Origin: an uncultured bacterium | GTDB lineage: Bacteria; Hydrothermota; UBA3073; NMUJ01; CBEVQO01 | Length of the DNA: 64,000 nt | Assembly (NCBI GenBank): GCA_965552055.1 | Contig: CBEVQO010000002.1 | Span: forward strand, 320,001-384,000 | Reading direction: 5' to 3' | Shown: one piece after another, positions 1 through 11,682 of the stretch | Layout: each line of letters opens with the position of its first letter | Numbering within the stretch: the first letter of the stretch is position 1 | Notes under the pieces: generated by a model | The model's database searches: none | What the model was told of the DNA's origin: nothing | What the model saw: only the letters and a program-made list of their open reading frames with translations | Position numbers and translations under genes: made by a program

Positions 1-210
1 AGGGAGAAAAAGAGAGATTTCAGGAGATTATGGATAATGAGGATTAATGCGGCTGTCAGACAGCATGGTTTAAATTACAGCACATTCATAAACGGATTGA
101 AGAAACTGAATATCCAGTTAAACAGAAAAATGCTGATGGAAATGGCACTGGAAGAACCAAAGGCTTTTGAGGAACTGGTAAATAAAGTAAAAGAGGTAGT
201 TGCAACCTGA
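1..210 (+). CDS. rplT: 50S ribosomal protein L20, 3' part (truncated by window start)
   Basis: Manual frame-1 translation [45 protein letters not shown]...VAT*, the L20 signature; not in ORF track. Confidence 0.96.
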   Translation, partial: REKKRDFRRLWIMRINAAVRQHGLNYSTFINGLKKLNIQLNRKMLMEMALEEPKAFEELVNKVKEVVAT

Positions 211-361
211 AGATTTATTAATTGAAAAGATTAAAAAATTGATTGAAGAACTGAAAAAAGAGAAGGATACAAAAAGGAAAATAAGCGAAAAGCTCAGGAA
301 GATGAGAGATAGGATTAAGAAATTCTTAGAAAATGAAGGTAGAAGTAGAGATATTGAATAG
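200..361 (+). CDS. small coiled-coil protein, ZapB-like (53 aa)
   Basis: Manual translation from TTG200: [53 protein letters not shown]; coiled coil directly upstream of zapA; start uncertain. Confidence 0.55.
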   Translation: MQPEDLLIEKIKKLIEELKKEKDTKRKISEKLRKMRDRIKKFLENEGRSRDIE

Positions 362-596
362 GAAATTTCCATTAATTTGTGAAGCACCTTCAGAGGATTA
401 TGTTTTAAAGGTTGCGAATTATTTTAATGAGAGAATTAAAGAAATTCAGGAGACGGGTGTAACCGACCCTCTCTCCCTCGCCATACTCGCGGGTCTAAAT
501 ATAGTAGACGAGTTATTCGAGATGCGCTCGAAATACGAGAAAAAAGAGAAGGCGATAGAAGAGGCATTAAATTTATTATCTGAAGTCGAAATATAA
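333..596 (+). CDS. zapA: cell division protein ZapA
   Basis: [10 protein letters not shown]...LAILAGLNIVDEL motif; zapA-rny context. Confidence 0.9.
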   Translation: MKVEVEILNRKFPLICEAPSEDYVLKVANYFNERIKEIQETGVTDPLSLAILAGLNIVDELFEMRSKYEKKEKAIEEALNLLSEVEI

Positions 597-679
597 CCCT
601 GCGGTGTGCGTGACTGAAGGGACTTATTAGCCCAGCTCTGGGAAAGTTTTTGGTGGGTCCCTTGCACGGCACCGCGGGG
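597..679 (+). ncRNA. short 6S RNA-like long hairpin
   Basis: CCCTGCGGTG(597-606) pairs with CACCGCGGGG(670-679); CGTG/CACG; AAGGGAC(617-623)/GTCCCTT(657-663). Lies between zapA and rny where ssrS usually sits, but is only 83 nt. Confidence 0.5.
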
Positions 680-691
680 CAAGGAGGTAAA

Positions 692-2245
692 ATGTTATAT
701 TTTATTGCCGGTATAATCGGAGGAATTTGTGGTATAGGTGCAGGATATTATATCGCAGGCAAAATAAGAGAAAAAAGACTAAAAGAAGCGAAAAAGACAG
801 CTGAAGATATAATCTTAGAAGCAAAAAAAGAAGCAGAAAGAATAAAGGAAGCTGCAAAAACAGAGGTAAGAATCGAAAAATCAAAGATAAAAGAAACACT
901 GCAAAAAGAAAAAGAGAAAATGTTCAAAGAATTTGAGGAAAAAGAAAAAAATCTCAGAACAAAAGAAATAGAAATCGAAAGGAAAGCCGATATAATCGCA
1001 CGAAAAGAACACGAAATAAGAAATAAAGAAAAATCCATTGAAGAAAAAGAAAGGTCATTAAAAGCTAAACACGAAGAACTTGACAGAAGATTAAGAGAAG
1101 CAAATGAACAGTTACAGAGAATATCAGGGATGACCAAAGAAGAAGCGAAGAAAATTTTAATGGAAAATTTACTCGAAGAAGCAAGGCTGGAAGCTGCTCA
1201 AAAAATTAAAGAAATAAAGGAAAAAGCAGAAAGAGAAGCAGAAAAAGAAGCAATAAATATAATTTCTCAAGCAATCGAAAGATGTGCAGCAAGAAGGACA
1301 ATTGAGACGACAACGGTCACAGTTGAACTGCCTGATGACGCCTTAAAGGGAAGATTGATAGGAAGAGAAGGAAGAAACATAAGGGCATTTGACAGCATTT
1401 TTGGTGTAGACCTATTAATTGATGATACTCCAGGTGTTGTAACGATATCCTGTTTTGACCCGAGAAGAAGGGAAATTGCAAGAATAGCACTCGAACGCCT
1501 CATAAGAGATGGTAGAATTCATCCAGCCAGAATAGAAGAAGAAGCAGAAAAGGCAAAACAGGAATTCGAAAGAAGGGTCGAAGAAATAGGAAAAAAGACG
1601 GTAATAGAAGCAGGTATTAAAAATCTTCATCCCGAACTTGTGAAAATGATAGGAATGTTGAAATTCCGTTCAAGTTATGGACAAAATGTACTCGAGCATT
1701 CAGTCGAAGTGATGCAAATAGCATCCATAATGGCACAGGAACTCGGACTCGATGTTGAAACCACAAAAAGAGCAGCTCTACTTCACGATATTGGCAAAGC
1801 AGCAGGACAGGAATATCAGGGTAAACATCAGGAAATCGGTGCAAAAATAGCAAAAAGATTTGGTGAATCAGAAATAGTTGTAAATGCAATTGCAGCGCAT
1901 CATGGAGATGTTGAACCTATTTCCCCAATCGCAGTAATAGTGCAGGCAGCAGACGCTATATCAGGAGCAAGACCGGGAGCAAGAAGAGAAACATTCGAAG
2001 CATATATCGAAAGATTACAAAAACTCGAAGAAATCGTTATGTCTTTTGACGGCGTAGAAAACTGTTACGCAATTCAAGCAGGAAGAGAAGTTAGAGTAAT
2101 CGTGCAACCCGAAAAAGTACCAGATACAAGACTGCAAGATATGGCAGAAGAAATCGCAAAGAAAATAGAAAAAGAAATGAAATATCCGGGAGAAATAAAA
2201 GTAGTAGTTTTGAGAGAAACAAGAGCTATTGAATTTGCGAAATGA
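692..2245 (+). CDS. rny: ribonuclease Y
   Basis: N-terminal TM, coiled coil, KH (KGRLIGREGRNIR) and HD (LLHDIGK) domains; start moved to ATG692 after AGGAGG. Confidence 0.97.
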   Translation: MLYFIAGIIGGICGIGAGYYIAGKIREKRLKEAKKTAEDIILEAKKEAERIKEAAKTEVRIEKSKIKETLQKEKEKMFKEFEEKEKNLRTKEIEIERKADIIARKEHEIRNKEKSIEEKERSLKAKHEELDRRLREANEQLQRISGMTKEEAKKILMENLLEEARLEAAQKIKEIKEKAEREAEKEAINIISQAIERCAARRTIETTTVTVELPDDALKGRLIGREGRNIRAFDSIFGVDLLIDDTPGVVTISCFDPRRREIARIALERLIRDGRIHPARIEEEAEKAKQEFERRVEEIGKKTVIEAGIKNLHPELVKMIGMLKFRSSYGQNVLEHSVEVMQIASIMAQELGLDVETTKRAALLHDIGKAAGQEYQGKHQEIGAKIAKRFGESEIVVNAIAAHHGDVEPISPIAVIVQAADAISGARPGARRETFEAYIERLQKLEEIVMSFDGVENCYAIQAGREVRVIVQPEKVPDTRLQDMAEEIAKKIEKEMKYPGEIKVVVLRETRAIEFAK

Positions 2246-3027
2246 GAATATTATTTTTGGGTGATGTTTTTGGGAGACCGGGTAGAAGGATACTCGCTAA
2301 CTTTTTGCCTGAATTTAAAAAGAAATATAATATAGATTTTGTTATTGCGAATGGCGAAAATGTAGCCGGCGGTCAGGGAATAACACTTAACACCTATCAA
2401 AAACTTATATCATACGGAGTAGATTGTATTACCTGTGGAACGCATTTATGGGACAAACCCGAAGATGCAATGCAGGTTACTAAATCCGAAAAAGCATGGA
2501 GATTTTTAAGACCTGCAAATTATCCCTTTATACCGGGAAAAGGTTCGGAATATTTTGAGCCTCCGGGAATTGGCGTTATCAACTTGCTTGGCAGATTATA
2601 TATGCCACACCCACTAATTGATTGCCCTTTCAGAACAGCGCTTAAAGAAATTGAAAAATTAAGAGAAAAAACAAAAGTAATAATAATAGATTTTCATGCA
2701 GAATCTGTAATGGAAAAGAAAGCACTTGCCTGTTATCTTGATGGAAAGGTAACCGCTGTAATTGGTACCCATACTCATGTTCAATCTGCCGATGAAGAAA
2801 TCTTACCTCATGGCACTGCCTATCTCACAGATGCAGGGATGGTAGGTTCTTTTAATTCGATAATCGGAGTTAAACACGAAAAATCTCTTGCTGTATTTCT
2901 CACTGGGATACCTCATCGGTTCGACACTGCTTACGGAGAGCATAAAGTAAACGGTGTGTTAATAGATGCTGATGAAAAAACAGGAAAAGCATTGTCCATA
3001 AAAAGAGTATGGTGTGATGCAGGATAA
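2242..3027 (+). CDS. ymdB: YmdB-family metallophosphoesterase
   Basis: [24 protein letters not shown] motifs; follows rny. Confidence 0.93.
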   Translation: MRILFLGDVFGRPGRRILANFLPEFKKKYNIDFVIANGENVAGGQGITLNTYQKLISYGVDCITCGTHLWDKPEDAMQVTKSEKAWRFLRPANYPFIPGKGSEYFEPPGIGVINLLGRLYMPHPLIDCPFRTALKEIEKLREKTKVIIIDFHAESVMEKKALACYLDGKVTAVIGTHTHVQSADEEILPHGTAYLTDAGMVGSFNSIIGVKHEKSLAVFLTGIPHRFDTAYGEHKVNGVLIDADEKTGKALSIKRVWCDAG

Positions 3028-3436
3028 ATACAAACAACCAAAACTCGCAGTAGATGCCATCATAGAAATTGGTGATAAAATCGTTTTAATTCGTCGCAAA
3101 AATCCTCCTTATGGCTGGGCATTACCCGGAGGCTTTGTGGAATACGGTGAGACACTTGAGCAAGCTGTAAGGAGAGAAGCAATGGAAGAAACGGGCTTGG
3201 AACTTTTAGACTTACGGCAATTTCATGCTTACTCTGAACCCGATAGAGACCCTCGTTTTCATGTTGTATCTGTTGTTTTCATCGCAAAAGGCAAAGGCAC
3301 ACCAAGAGCCGCAGATGACGCAGCAGGAATAGCACTGTTCTCAAAAGACGAATTACCAGAAGATATAGCATTTGATCATAAAAAAATACTCGAAGATTAT
3401 TTCAAATTTAAAGCAACAGGTGAAATTCCTCGATGA
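3014..3436 (+). CDS. NUDIX hydrolase (ADP-ribose pyrophosphatase-like)
   Basis: Nudix box [27 protein letters not shown]. Confidence 0.92.
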   Translation: MMQDKYKQPKLAVDAIIEIGDKIVLIRRKNPPYGWALPGGFVEYGETLEQAVRREAMEETGLELLDLRQFHAYSEPDRDPRFHVVSVVFIAKGKGTPRAADDAAGIALFSKDELPEDIAFDHKKILEDYFKFKATGEIPR

Positions 3437-4493
3437 ATTTCGGGATAGAAATTTAGCCCAAAAATTAATTTCTAAAATAAAAAATTTCAAAAAAGAAGTC
3501 AAAATAATGGAAGTATGCGGTACTCATACTGTTAATTTTTTCCGCTTTGGATTACATAATTTAATTCCTCCTAATGTAAAGATAATATCAGGACCTGGAT
3601 GCCCTGTTTGTGTAACATCTCAAAAAGATATAGATTATGCTGTAGAACTATCAAACTTTACTTCAATTTTAACTTATGGCGATATGATGAGAGTGCCCGG
3701 CACCAGGTCTTCTCTCGAAAAAGAAAAAGCAAAAGGCAAAGATATAAGAGTAATTTATTCCGCATATGATGTCTTAAAAATTGTGGAAAAAGAAAAAGAC
3801 AAAAATTTTGTATTTTTTGCAATAGGTTTTGAGACAACAGCTCCTGCTACTGCATTTTTGCTTTGCGAAATGAAGAAAAATAATATAAAAAATTTAAAAA
3901 TCTTCTGCTGTCATAAACTTATACCTCCTGCTATGAAAGCAATCTGTGAAGGACAGATAAAAATAAACGCTTTCCTCTGTCCAGGACATGTATCAACAAT
4001 TATAGGTGAAACACCTTATTATGAAATCGCAGAAAAATATAAAATACCCTGCATTATAACAGGCTTCGAAGCTATTGATATACTTTTTGGAATAACGAAA
4101 GCGATTGAATTAATTGAAAAAGGTGATTATATTGTCTTTAACGCTTATAAAAGAGCGGTTAGAAAAAAGGGAAACGAAAGGGCACTCGAACTTTTAGAAG
4201 AAGTTTTTGATAAAGTAGATGCTGAATGGCGCGGACTTGGAGTAATTCCAGAAAGCGGCTACAGCATAAAAGAAGAGTTTAAGGATTTTGATGTTAGAAA
4301 TTTTTTTAATTTTAAAATTGAAAGCTACGAATATCCTGGCTGTCGTTGTGGTGATGTTTTAAAGGGACTAATTGAACCCATTGAATGTCCTCATTTTGGT
4401 AAAAACTGCACTCCTGAAAACCCTCTGGGTCCGTGCATGGTTTCATCGGAAGGCACCTGTGCTGCTTATTATAAATTTAAACTATCACTTTGA
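3420..4493 (+). CDS. hypD: hydrogenase maturation protein HypD
   Basis: [34 protein letters not shown]; start moved to GTG3420 (MKFLDEFRD). Confidence 0.96.
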   Translation: MKFLDEFRDRNLAQKLISKIKNFKKEVKIMEVCGTHTVNFFRFGLHNLIPPNVKIISGPGCPVCVTSQKDIDYAVELSNFTSILTYGDMMRVPGTRSSLEKEKAKGKDIRVIYSAYDVLKIVEKEKDKNFVFFAIGFETTAPATAFLLCEMKKNNIKNLKIFCCHKLIPPAMKAICEGQIKINAFLCPGHVSTIIGETPYYEIAEKYKIPCIITGFEAIDILFGITKAIELIEKGDYIVFNAYKRAVRKKGNERALELLEEVFDKVDAEWRGLGVIPESGYSIKEEFKDFDVRNFFNFKIESYEYPGCRCGDVLKGLIEPIECPHFGKNCTPENPLGPCMVSSEGTCAAYYKFKLSL

Positions 4494-6014
4494 AAACCTG
4501 CTCAAAAGCATACCTGTGAATAATCGCCTCTCCTGACGGTCAAATATCAGGAAATATCCGGCAATGTATGACACTATCAACGATAATATAAAAATCAAAG
4601 CAAGTGTTCTGAAGCTTGTAATTAAAGGCTTCATCAAATACATAAGAAATACAGGTATAAAGCCGATGAATATACAATCTTTTAAAACTCTCACTACATC
4701 TTTTAAGGATAGTGCTAACATATTTGAAGCGACATATCGCATAAAAACAGGCGTTAAGACGATTTCCTGGGCTAAGAAAGATATCGCTGCTCCCTTTATT
4801 CCAATTTTTGGTATCAGTAAAAAGCACAATGCAACATGGAGACAGGTTTTCGCAATCTGCACGAAAGCATTCATCTGAGGATAACCCATTCCCCGAGCAG
4901 TAATATCAGCCAGTCTTGAAAAATTCCTTATCAAAAAAGATAACGATAATAACTGTAATATAACTGCACTTTTAAGGGCAAAATTCTTACCCATCCAGAA
5001 GAAAAGTATTTCTCTCGAAAAGAAAATAACAGAAAAAAACAAAGGAATAATACCGAAGGACACATATTTTATGCTTTTTAAAAACAGCATGTTCCTTTTT
5101 TTCACTTCTTTTATTCCATCCAGTTCACTTATTGCAGGAAATATCACAGAGATTATGGCATCGGTTATAGCTCCGCCTCTTTTTGCAAGATTATATGGCA
5201 CAATGTAATAAGATACCCATGATACCGGCATAAATAATCCTATTATAAATTTATCAATATAGGCTGATGTTCGTTCAAAAATTTTACCAACCAGAACAAA
5301 GCCACCGAACTTTATAAGCTTTACGAAAATATCTTTCTCGAATAAAAATTTTAATGACAAAAAATTAAAAAATCTTTTAAAAACAATTAAATTCACAAAA
5401 AGTCCAAGAACCTGAACACATAAGTATGCTATCGCCACTTCTTTTAAATGGAATCCCATGTATAAAAGAATCACAAACAAAAGAATCTGTATACTGGTTA
5501 ATCCTGCGGTTATTTTCGTAGTTAAATCAAATCTCTGGAAGGCAGAAAAAACACTGTGAAAAACAGATTGACACATACCAAAAAAGAAGCTCACAGAAGC
5601 TATATAAAACACAAAATAAGATGTTTTCAGTAAATATGATGGTATTTTAAATAAAGATAGAAAAAATTTTGCAAATAATAGTATAACACCGCAACCTACT
5701 GCTCCTATCAAAAAATGTATGGTTAACGCAACGCCTATTATCCTGTTAACTTCCTCTTTTTTATCCTTACTCCAGTACTCTGATACAAATTTTATAACAG
5801 CATGATTTGTACCGAGATTTAGAAACTGGAAATAACCGAGTGTAACAAGCACCATTCCCCATATTCCGTAAGCTTCTTCACCGAGTTTATGAACGATATA
5901 GGGAGCGGTCAATATCGATAGCAAAAGCAACCATATCTGTAAAAATATGTTGTATAAAAAATTACGGGATAAAGTATAAGGGGAAGTTATAATTCTCTTT
6001 TGTGATTTATTCAA
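4485..6014 (-). CDS. Wzx-like oligosaccharide flippase
   Basis: Many TM helices; PYIVHKLGEEAYG and LLIPKIGIKGAA patterns. Confidence 0.85.
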   Translation of the reverse strand: MNKSQKRIITSPYTLSRNFLYNIFLQIWLLLLSILTAPYIVHKLGEEAYGIWGMVLVTLGYFQFLNLGTNHAVIKFVSEYWSKDKKEEVNRIIGVALTIHFLIGAVGCGVILLFAKFFLSLFKIPSYLLKTSYFVFYIASVSFFFGMCQSVFHSVFSAFQRFDLTTKITAGLTSIQILLFVILLYMGFHLKEVAIAYLCVQVLGLFVNLIVFKRFFNFLSLKFLFEKDIFVKLIKFGGFVLVGKIFERTSAYIDKFIIGLFMPVSWVSYYIVPYNLAKRGGAITDAIISVIFPAISELDGIKEVKKRNMLFLKSIKYVSFGIIPLFFSVIFFSREILFFWMGKNFALKSAVILQLLSLSFLIRNFSRLADITARGMGYPQMNAFVQIAKTCLHVALCFLLIPKIGIKGAAISFLAQEIVLTPVFMRYVASNMLALSLKDVVRVLKDCIFIGFIPVFLMYLMKPLITSFRTLALIFILSLIVSYIAGYFLIFDRQERRLFTGMLLSRFSK

Positions 6015-6021
6015 GATAAGG

Positions 6022-7664
<1,643 letters not shown>

Positions 7665-7672
7665 AAAACCCC

Positions 7673-8044
7673 CTAAAACTCCCTAAATTCCCTCTTTCTC
7701 AACATCGTTAAATCAATATCGCCTGTCATAGGATTTGGTATTAAGCCCCATTCTTCCATACATGTGGCACCTATTATCATCTCAATCTCCCTTCCATGCT
7801 CATCCCTTCCTATTTCTTCAATGGGATACGCTTTGACATCAAACTCAAGACCATCAATCGAACAAAGTAAAATACACGCTTCTTCTATTTCATAACTTTT
7901 ACCTCCAAGTCCCACTTCAAAAGGTTTTATTTTAAATTTTTTATCGGAAATGAGCTCTTTTTTAATATAAGAGCGCATAGAACCCGTATCAAATAGAGCA
8001 TAAACTTTCTTATCACCCACTTTTATTTCTTTAAATACTCTCAT
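7673..8044 (-). CDS. retropepsin-like aspartic protease
   Basis: ALFDTGS catalytic motif, IIG motif. Confidence 0.8.
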   Translation of the reverse strand: MRVFKEIKVGDKKVYALFDTGSMRSYIKKELISDKKFKIKPFEVGLGGKSYEIEEACILLCSIDGLEFDVKAYPIEEIGRDEHGREIEMIIGATCMEEWGLIPNPMTGDIDLTMLRKREFREF

Positions 8045-8867
8045 TTTTTTCGAATAATTCCAGGGATATTTTTTCCTGCTCTTTATAAGCTGCCAATCTT
8101 TTCAGCAACAAATCAAAATTGACCTTATGTCCATCAAATTCCGGTCCATCAACGCACGCAAATTTCGTCTCACCGCCAACCTCTACTCTGCACGCCCCAC
8201 ACATGCCCGTCCCATCAACCATTATTGGATTTAAACTAACTATAGTTTTCACTCCAAAGGGTCGAGTAACATCGGCACATACTTTCATCATTATAGTGGG
8301 ACCTATGGCTATCACCCTGTCAATCTTCCTCCCGCTTTCGAGCAACTCTTTTAAAACATCGGAAACAAAACCCTTTCTTCCGTAACTCCCATCATCAGTT
8401 GTGATGTAAACTTCATCCGATACTTTTCTTACCCAATCTTCCAATATTAAAAGTTCTTTAGTCCTTGCCCCGATTATTGAAATAATTGTATTGCCCTTCT
8501 CTTTGAGTGCCCTGATAATAGGATAAAGGGGAGCAATACCAACTCCTCCACCTACTCCTATCACAGTACCAAAATTTTCAATTTCCGAGGGTCTGCCAAG
8601 GGGTCCAATAACATGTGGTATCTCATCACCCTCATTAAGACAGGTACCTAAATATCTCGTAGTTTTACCTACTTCCTGAAATATCATTGTAAAAGTCCCC
8701 TTCTCTTTGTTCGCATCCACAATGGTCAAAGGAATCCTTTCACCTTTCTCATGAGCAATCACAACAATAAATTGTCCAGGTAAAGCTTTTTCCGCTATAT
8801 ACGGATTCTCAACTTCAAAAAGCTTTATACCGGGAGCCAGCTCCTCTTTTTTCATTATCCTATTCAT
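8031..8867 (-). CDS. nfnA: NfnA/SudB small subunit (FAD/NAD-binding, 2Fe-2S)
   Basis: GERIPLTI, GGGVGIAP, DGTGMCGACR...CVDGPEF. Confidence 0.9.
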   Translation of the reverse strand: MNRIMKKEELAPGIKLFEVENPYIAEKALPGQFIVVIAHEKGERIPLTIVDANKEKGTFTMIFQEVGKTTRYLGTCLNEGDEIPHVIGPLGRPSEIENFGTVIGVGGGVGIAPLYPIIRALKEKGNTIISIIGARTKELLILEDWVRKVSDEVYITTDDGSYGRKGFVSDVLKELLESGRKIDRVIAIGPTIMMKVCADVTRPFGVKTIVSLNPIMVDGTGMCGACRVEVGGETKFACVDGPEFDGHKVNFDLLLKRLAAYKEQEKISLELFEKNESI

Positions 8868-8910
8868 GACTTCACATTATACATAGAATACAGCTTTGCA
8901 AACAAAAATT

Positions 8911-9306
8911 TTAAAATAATTTTTCCGGATTCTTAATGCAAATTCCCACACCGCATTCTAAACTTTCGTATGCCACACGCAAATAGGGCAATAATCCCGC
9001 AGTTTTATAAATCTCTATCGGTCGCGTAAAATTGAGTGAAAAATTAAAACCAATTCCCCTTTCTGCTCCATCTGAATTATTCAAAAAACAGCAATCAAAA
9101 CCAATTTCAGGATAAATATTCAGGAAATAATTAAATCTCCTCGAATAAAAAAGTCTTAACATCTTAACATTTTCATATTCATAAATTGCAAAATTTACAA
9201 AATTTTCCTTGCCGGTATTTATTTCTATAACTTTCAGATAGGGGATATTCTCTGACAATCCGAAATTAAAAAAATTTAATCCAAGTTTAATAATAATCAA
9301 TGTCAT
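8911..9306 (-). CDS. hypothetical protein
   Basis: 131-aa ORF overlapping the DUF503 stop; no recognised motif. Confidence 0.5.
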   Translation of the reverse strand: MTLIIIKLGLNFFNFGLSENIPYLKVIEINTGKENFVNFAIYEYENVKMLRLFYSRRFNYFLNIYPEIGFDCCFLNNSDGAERGIGFNFSLNFTRPIEIYKTAGLLPYLRVAYESLECGVGICIKNPEKLF

Positions 9307-9565
9307 GCTCCAGAATTTCTACTCTTCCATCGTTTTCTATAAATTTTTTCAGTTTCTCGAACAATGCCGATAAATTTGGAGGTCCTGTATCAACGGCAGC
9401 TATTGTAATCTGACAGAAATTCCAGGAATTATTTGGCTCTTCACGAATGGAAACATTAAATCTGTTCCTTATCTTTTGCATCAAACTTTTTATAACTCTT
9501 CTTTTATCCTTCAAAGAAGCGCTATAGGGGATTATAAGTGCCAATCTCAGTACCCCTACCGTCAT
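9287..9565 (-). CDS. DUF503 (YlxP) family protein
   Basis: SLKDKRRVIKSL..KIRNRFNVS; follows infB. Confidence 0.9.
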   Translation of the reverse strand: MTVGVLRLALIIPYSASLKDKRRVIKSLMQKIRNRFNVSIREEPNNSWNFCQITIAAVDTGPPNLSALFEKLKKFIENDGRVEILEHDIDYY

Positions 9566-11682
9566 ATGGCAATTTCCCTCTTCTTTTCAACAATTTCATA
9601 TACTTCAATAATATCACCTTCTTTAATCTTGAAATTATCACTCAATCCTATTCCGCACTCGTATCCTTCTAACACTTCTTTTACATCTTCTTTGAATCTT
9701 TTAAGTGACGCTATTTCCCCATCGAATACAACTTCTCCATCTCTTCTAACTCTTGCTTTGGCATTCCTCACGACTTTACCTGAAAGCACATAACAACCTG
9801 CTATCCATCCTACATTCTTTATCTTAAAAACTTTGCGAACTTCTGCTTTGCCGAGCTCCTGTTCCTCGTATACAGGTGGAAGCAGTCCTGCCAGCACTTT
9901 CTTTATATCTTCGAGCGCATGATAAATTATATCGTAAGTCCTTATCTCTACTCCTTCTACTTTTGCAAGCTCCTTTGCTCTTAATTCGGGTTTCACATGA
10001 TAACCTATTATCACCGCGTTCGATGCCTTACCAAGAAGTACATCGCTTTCTGTAACAGAACCCACTCCCCTGTGTACAATTTTTACTTTAACATTTTCAA
10101 CCTGCACTTTCTCGAGTGAATCACAAAGGGCTTCCACCGAGCCAGCTGTATCACCTTTCACTATAACTTTTAACTCCTCAGCTTCACCTGCTGTTAAGCG
10201 CCTGTGAAATTCTTCTAAACTAACCATAGACCTTCGTGTCTCCACCTGTAATGCCTCTCTTCTTTTGCGTGCTAATTCTTTTGCTTCATCTTCCGACTCA
10301 CAAACTCTTAATTTATCTCCAACAAAAGGCAAATCTTCAAAACCTACAATTTGACCGGGTTCACCGGGACCTACACTTTCGAGTTCTCTCCCCCATTCAT
10401 CATAAATCATCCTGACCTTGCCGTATACTGCACCTGCTACAAACCAGTCACCCTTTTTAAGTGTACCTTTTTCTATTATTACAGTTGCTACTTTGCCTTT
10501 ACCTTTTTCTATTTTTGTTTCAATAATTGTCCCTCTTGCTGGACCATCTTTTGGAGCTTTAAGGTCGAGTTCTTCTGCTACTACAAGGATGGCGTGTAAA
10601 AGGTCTTCAATACCTTCGCCTGTTTTGGCAGATGTATGAACAGCTATCACATTTCCGCCGTAATCTTCGACCAGCACATTATAGTTAGCGAGTTCCCTTT
10701 TTACTCTATCCGGGTCTGCACTATCGAGGTCAATTTTATTGATAGCAACAACCATTGGCACACCTGCATCCCTTGTATGATTTATCGCTTCAACTGTTTG
10801 TGCCTTCACACCTTCATTTGCAGCTACTACAAGCACAACTATATCTGTAACCTGTGCACCCCTTGCACGCATGGCAGTAAAAGCTTCGTGACCAGGTGTA
10901 TCGATAAATGTAATCTTTTTGCCTTCATATTCAACGGTATATGCTCCTATGTGCTGGGTTATTCCTCCCTTTTCCTTAGCCGCTACCTGAGTTTTCCTTA
11001 TGTAATCAAGCAAACTTGTCTTCCCATGGTCCACATGTCCCATAACCGTAACAACAGGCGGTCGCGGATATAATTTTTCTTCGGCTTCTTTCTCTTCTTC
11101 TTTTTCTTCTTCCCAGTAAGGTATTAACTCTGCTTCATAACCGAATTCATGCAAAATCATCTCTGCATCTTCGAAAGGCAATCTTTGATTGATAGTTACC
11201 TGTTTGCCAAGTTTAAGGCATTCTGCAATAAGGTCAAGAGGGTCTTTACCTATTAATTCTGCAAGCTCTTTAACGGATACTGTTTCGCCCAATCTTATTA
11301 CTCTTTTTTCTTCTTCCTCTATTATTTCTCTCTTCGGTTTTTTATACTTCCTTTCAATTCTAGAAGCCTGCATTTTTGCATAGGTTTTTTCAACCCTCAT
11401 TTTCGCCCGTTCAAATTTCTTTTTCTCACGGGGCACAAAAGGTTTTTTCTTTTGAGGCTTTAAGCCCATTCTTTTTCTTACGATATCGCGTTTACGCATC
11501 ACCTTCATTATCCTTTCCCTTTCTTCCTCTATTCTCTTTTTGCATTCTTCAACTGCTTTCTCGGGTACAACACTGGAAGGTCCCCTCACATCATATCCGA
11601 GTTCGTGCAATACATGTAGCACAACAGAACTCGGCATATTTAATTCTCTTGCTAAATCACACAATCTTTTACCTTCAGGCAT
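9562..11682 (-). CDS. infB: translation initiation factor IF-2
   Basis: MGHVDHGKTSLLD, GGITQHIGAY, DTPGHEAF, SLKRFKEDV. Confidence 0.98.
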   Translation of the reverse strand: MPEGKRLCDLARELNMPSSVVLHVLHELGYDVRGPSSVVPEKAVEECKKRIEEERERIMKVMRKRDIVRKRMGLKPQKKKPFVPREKKKFERAKMRVEKTYAKMQASRIERKYKKPKREIIEEEEKRVIRLGETVSVKELAELIGKDPLDLIAECLKLGKQVTINQRLPFEDAEMILHEFGYEAELIPYWEEEKEEEKEAEEKLYPRPPVVTVMGHVDHGKTSLLDYIRKTQVAAKEKGGITQHIGAYTVEYEGKKITFIDTPGHEAFTAMRARGAQVTDIVVLVVAANEGVKAQTVEAINHTRDAGVPMVVAINKIDLDSADPDRVKRELANYNVLVEDYGGNVIAVHTSAKTGEGIEDLLHAILVVAEELDLKAPKDGPARGTIIETKIEKGKGKVATVIIEKGTLKKGDWFVAGAVYGKVRMIYDEWGRELESVGPGEPGQIVGFEDLPFVGDKLRVCESEDEAKELARKRREALQVETRRSMVSLEEFHRRLTAGEAEELKVIVKGDTAGSVEALCDSLEKVQVENVKVKIVHRGVGSVTESDVLLGKASNAVIIGYHVKPELRAKELAKVEGVEIRTYDIIYHALEDIKKVLAGLLPPVYEEQELGKAEVRKVFKIKNVGWIAGCYVLSGKVVRNAKARVRRDGEVVFDGEIASLKRFKEDVKEVLEGYECGIGLSDNFKIKEGDIIEVYEIVEKKREIAI

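Noticed and set aside
650..691. ORF-track N-terminal extension of rny
   Set aside because: It lies inside the hairpin; AGGAGG at 682-687 points to ATG692.
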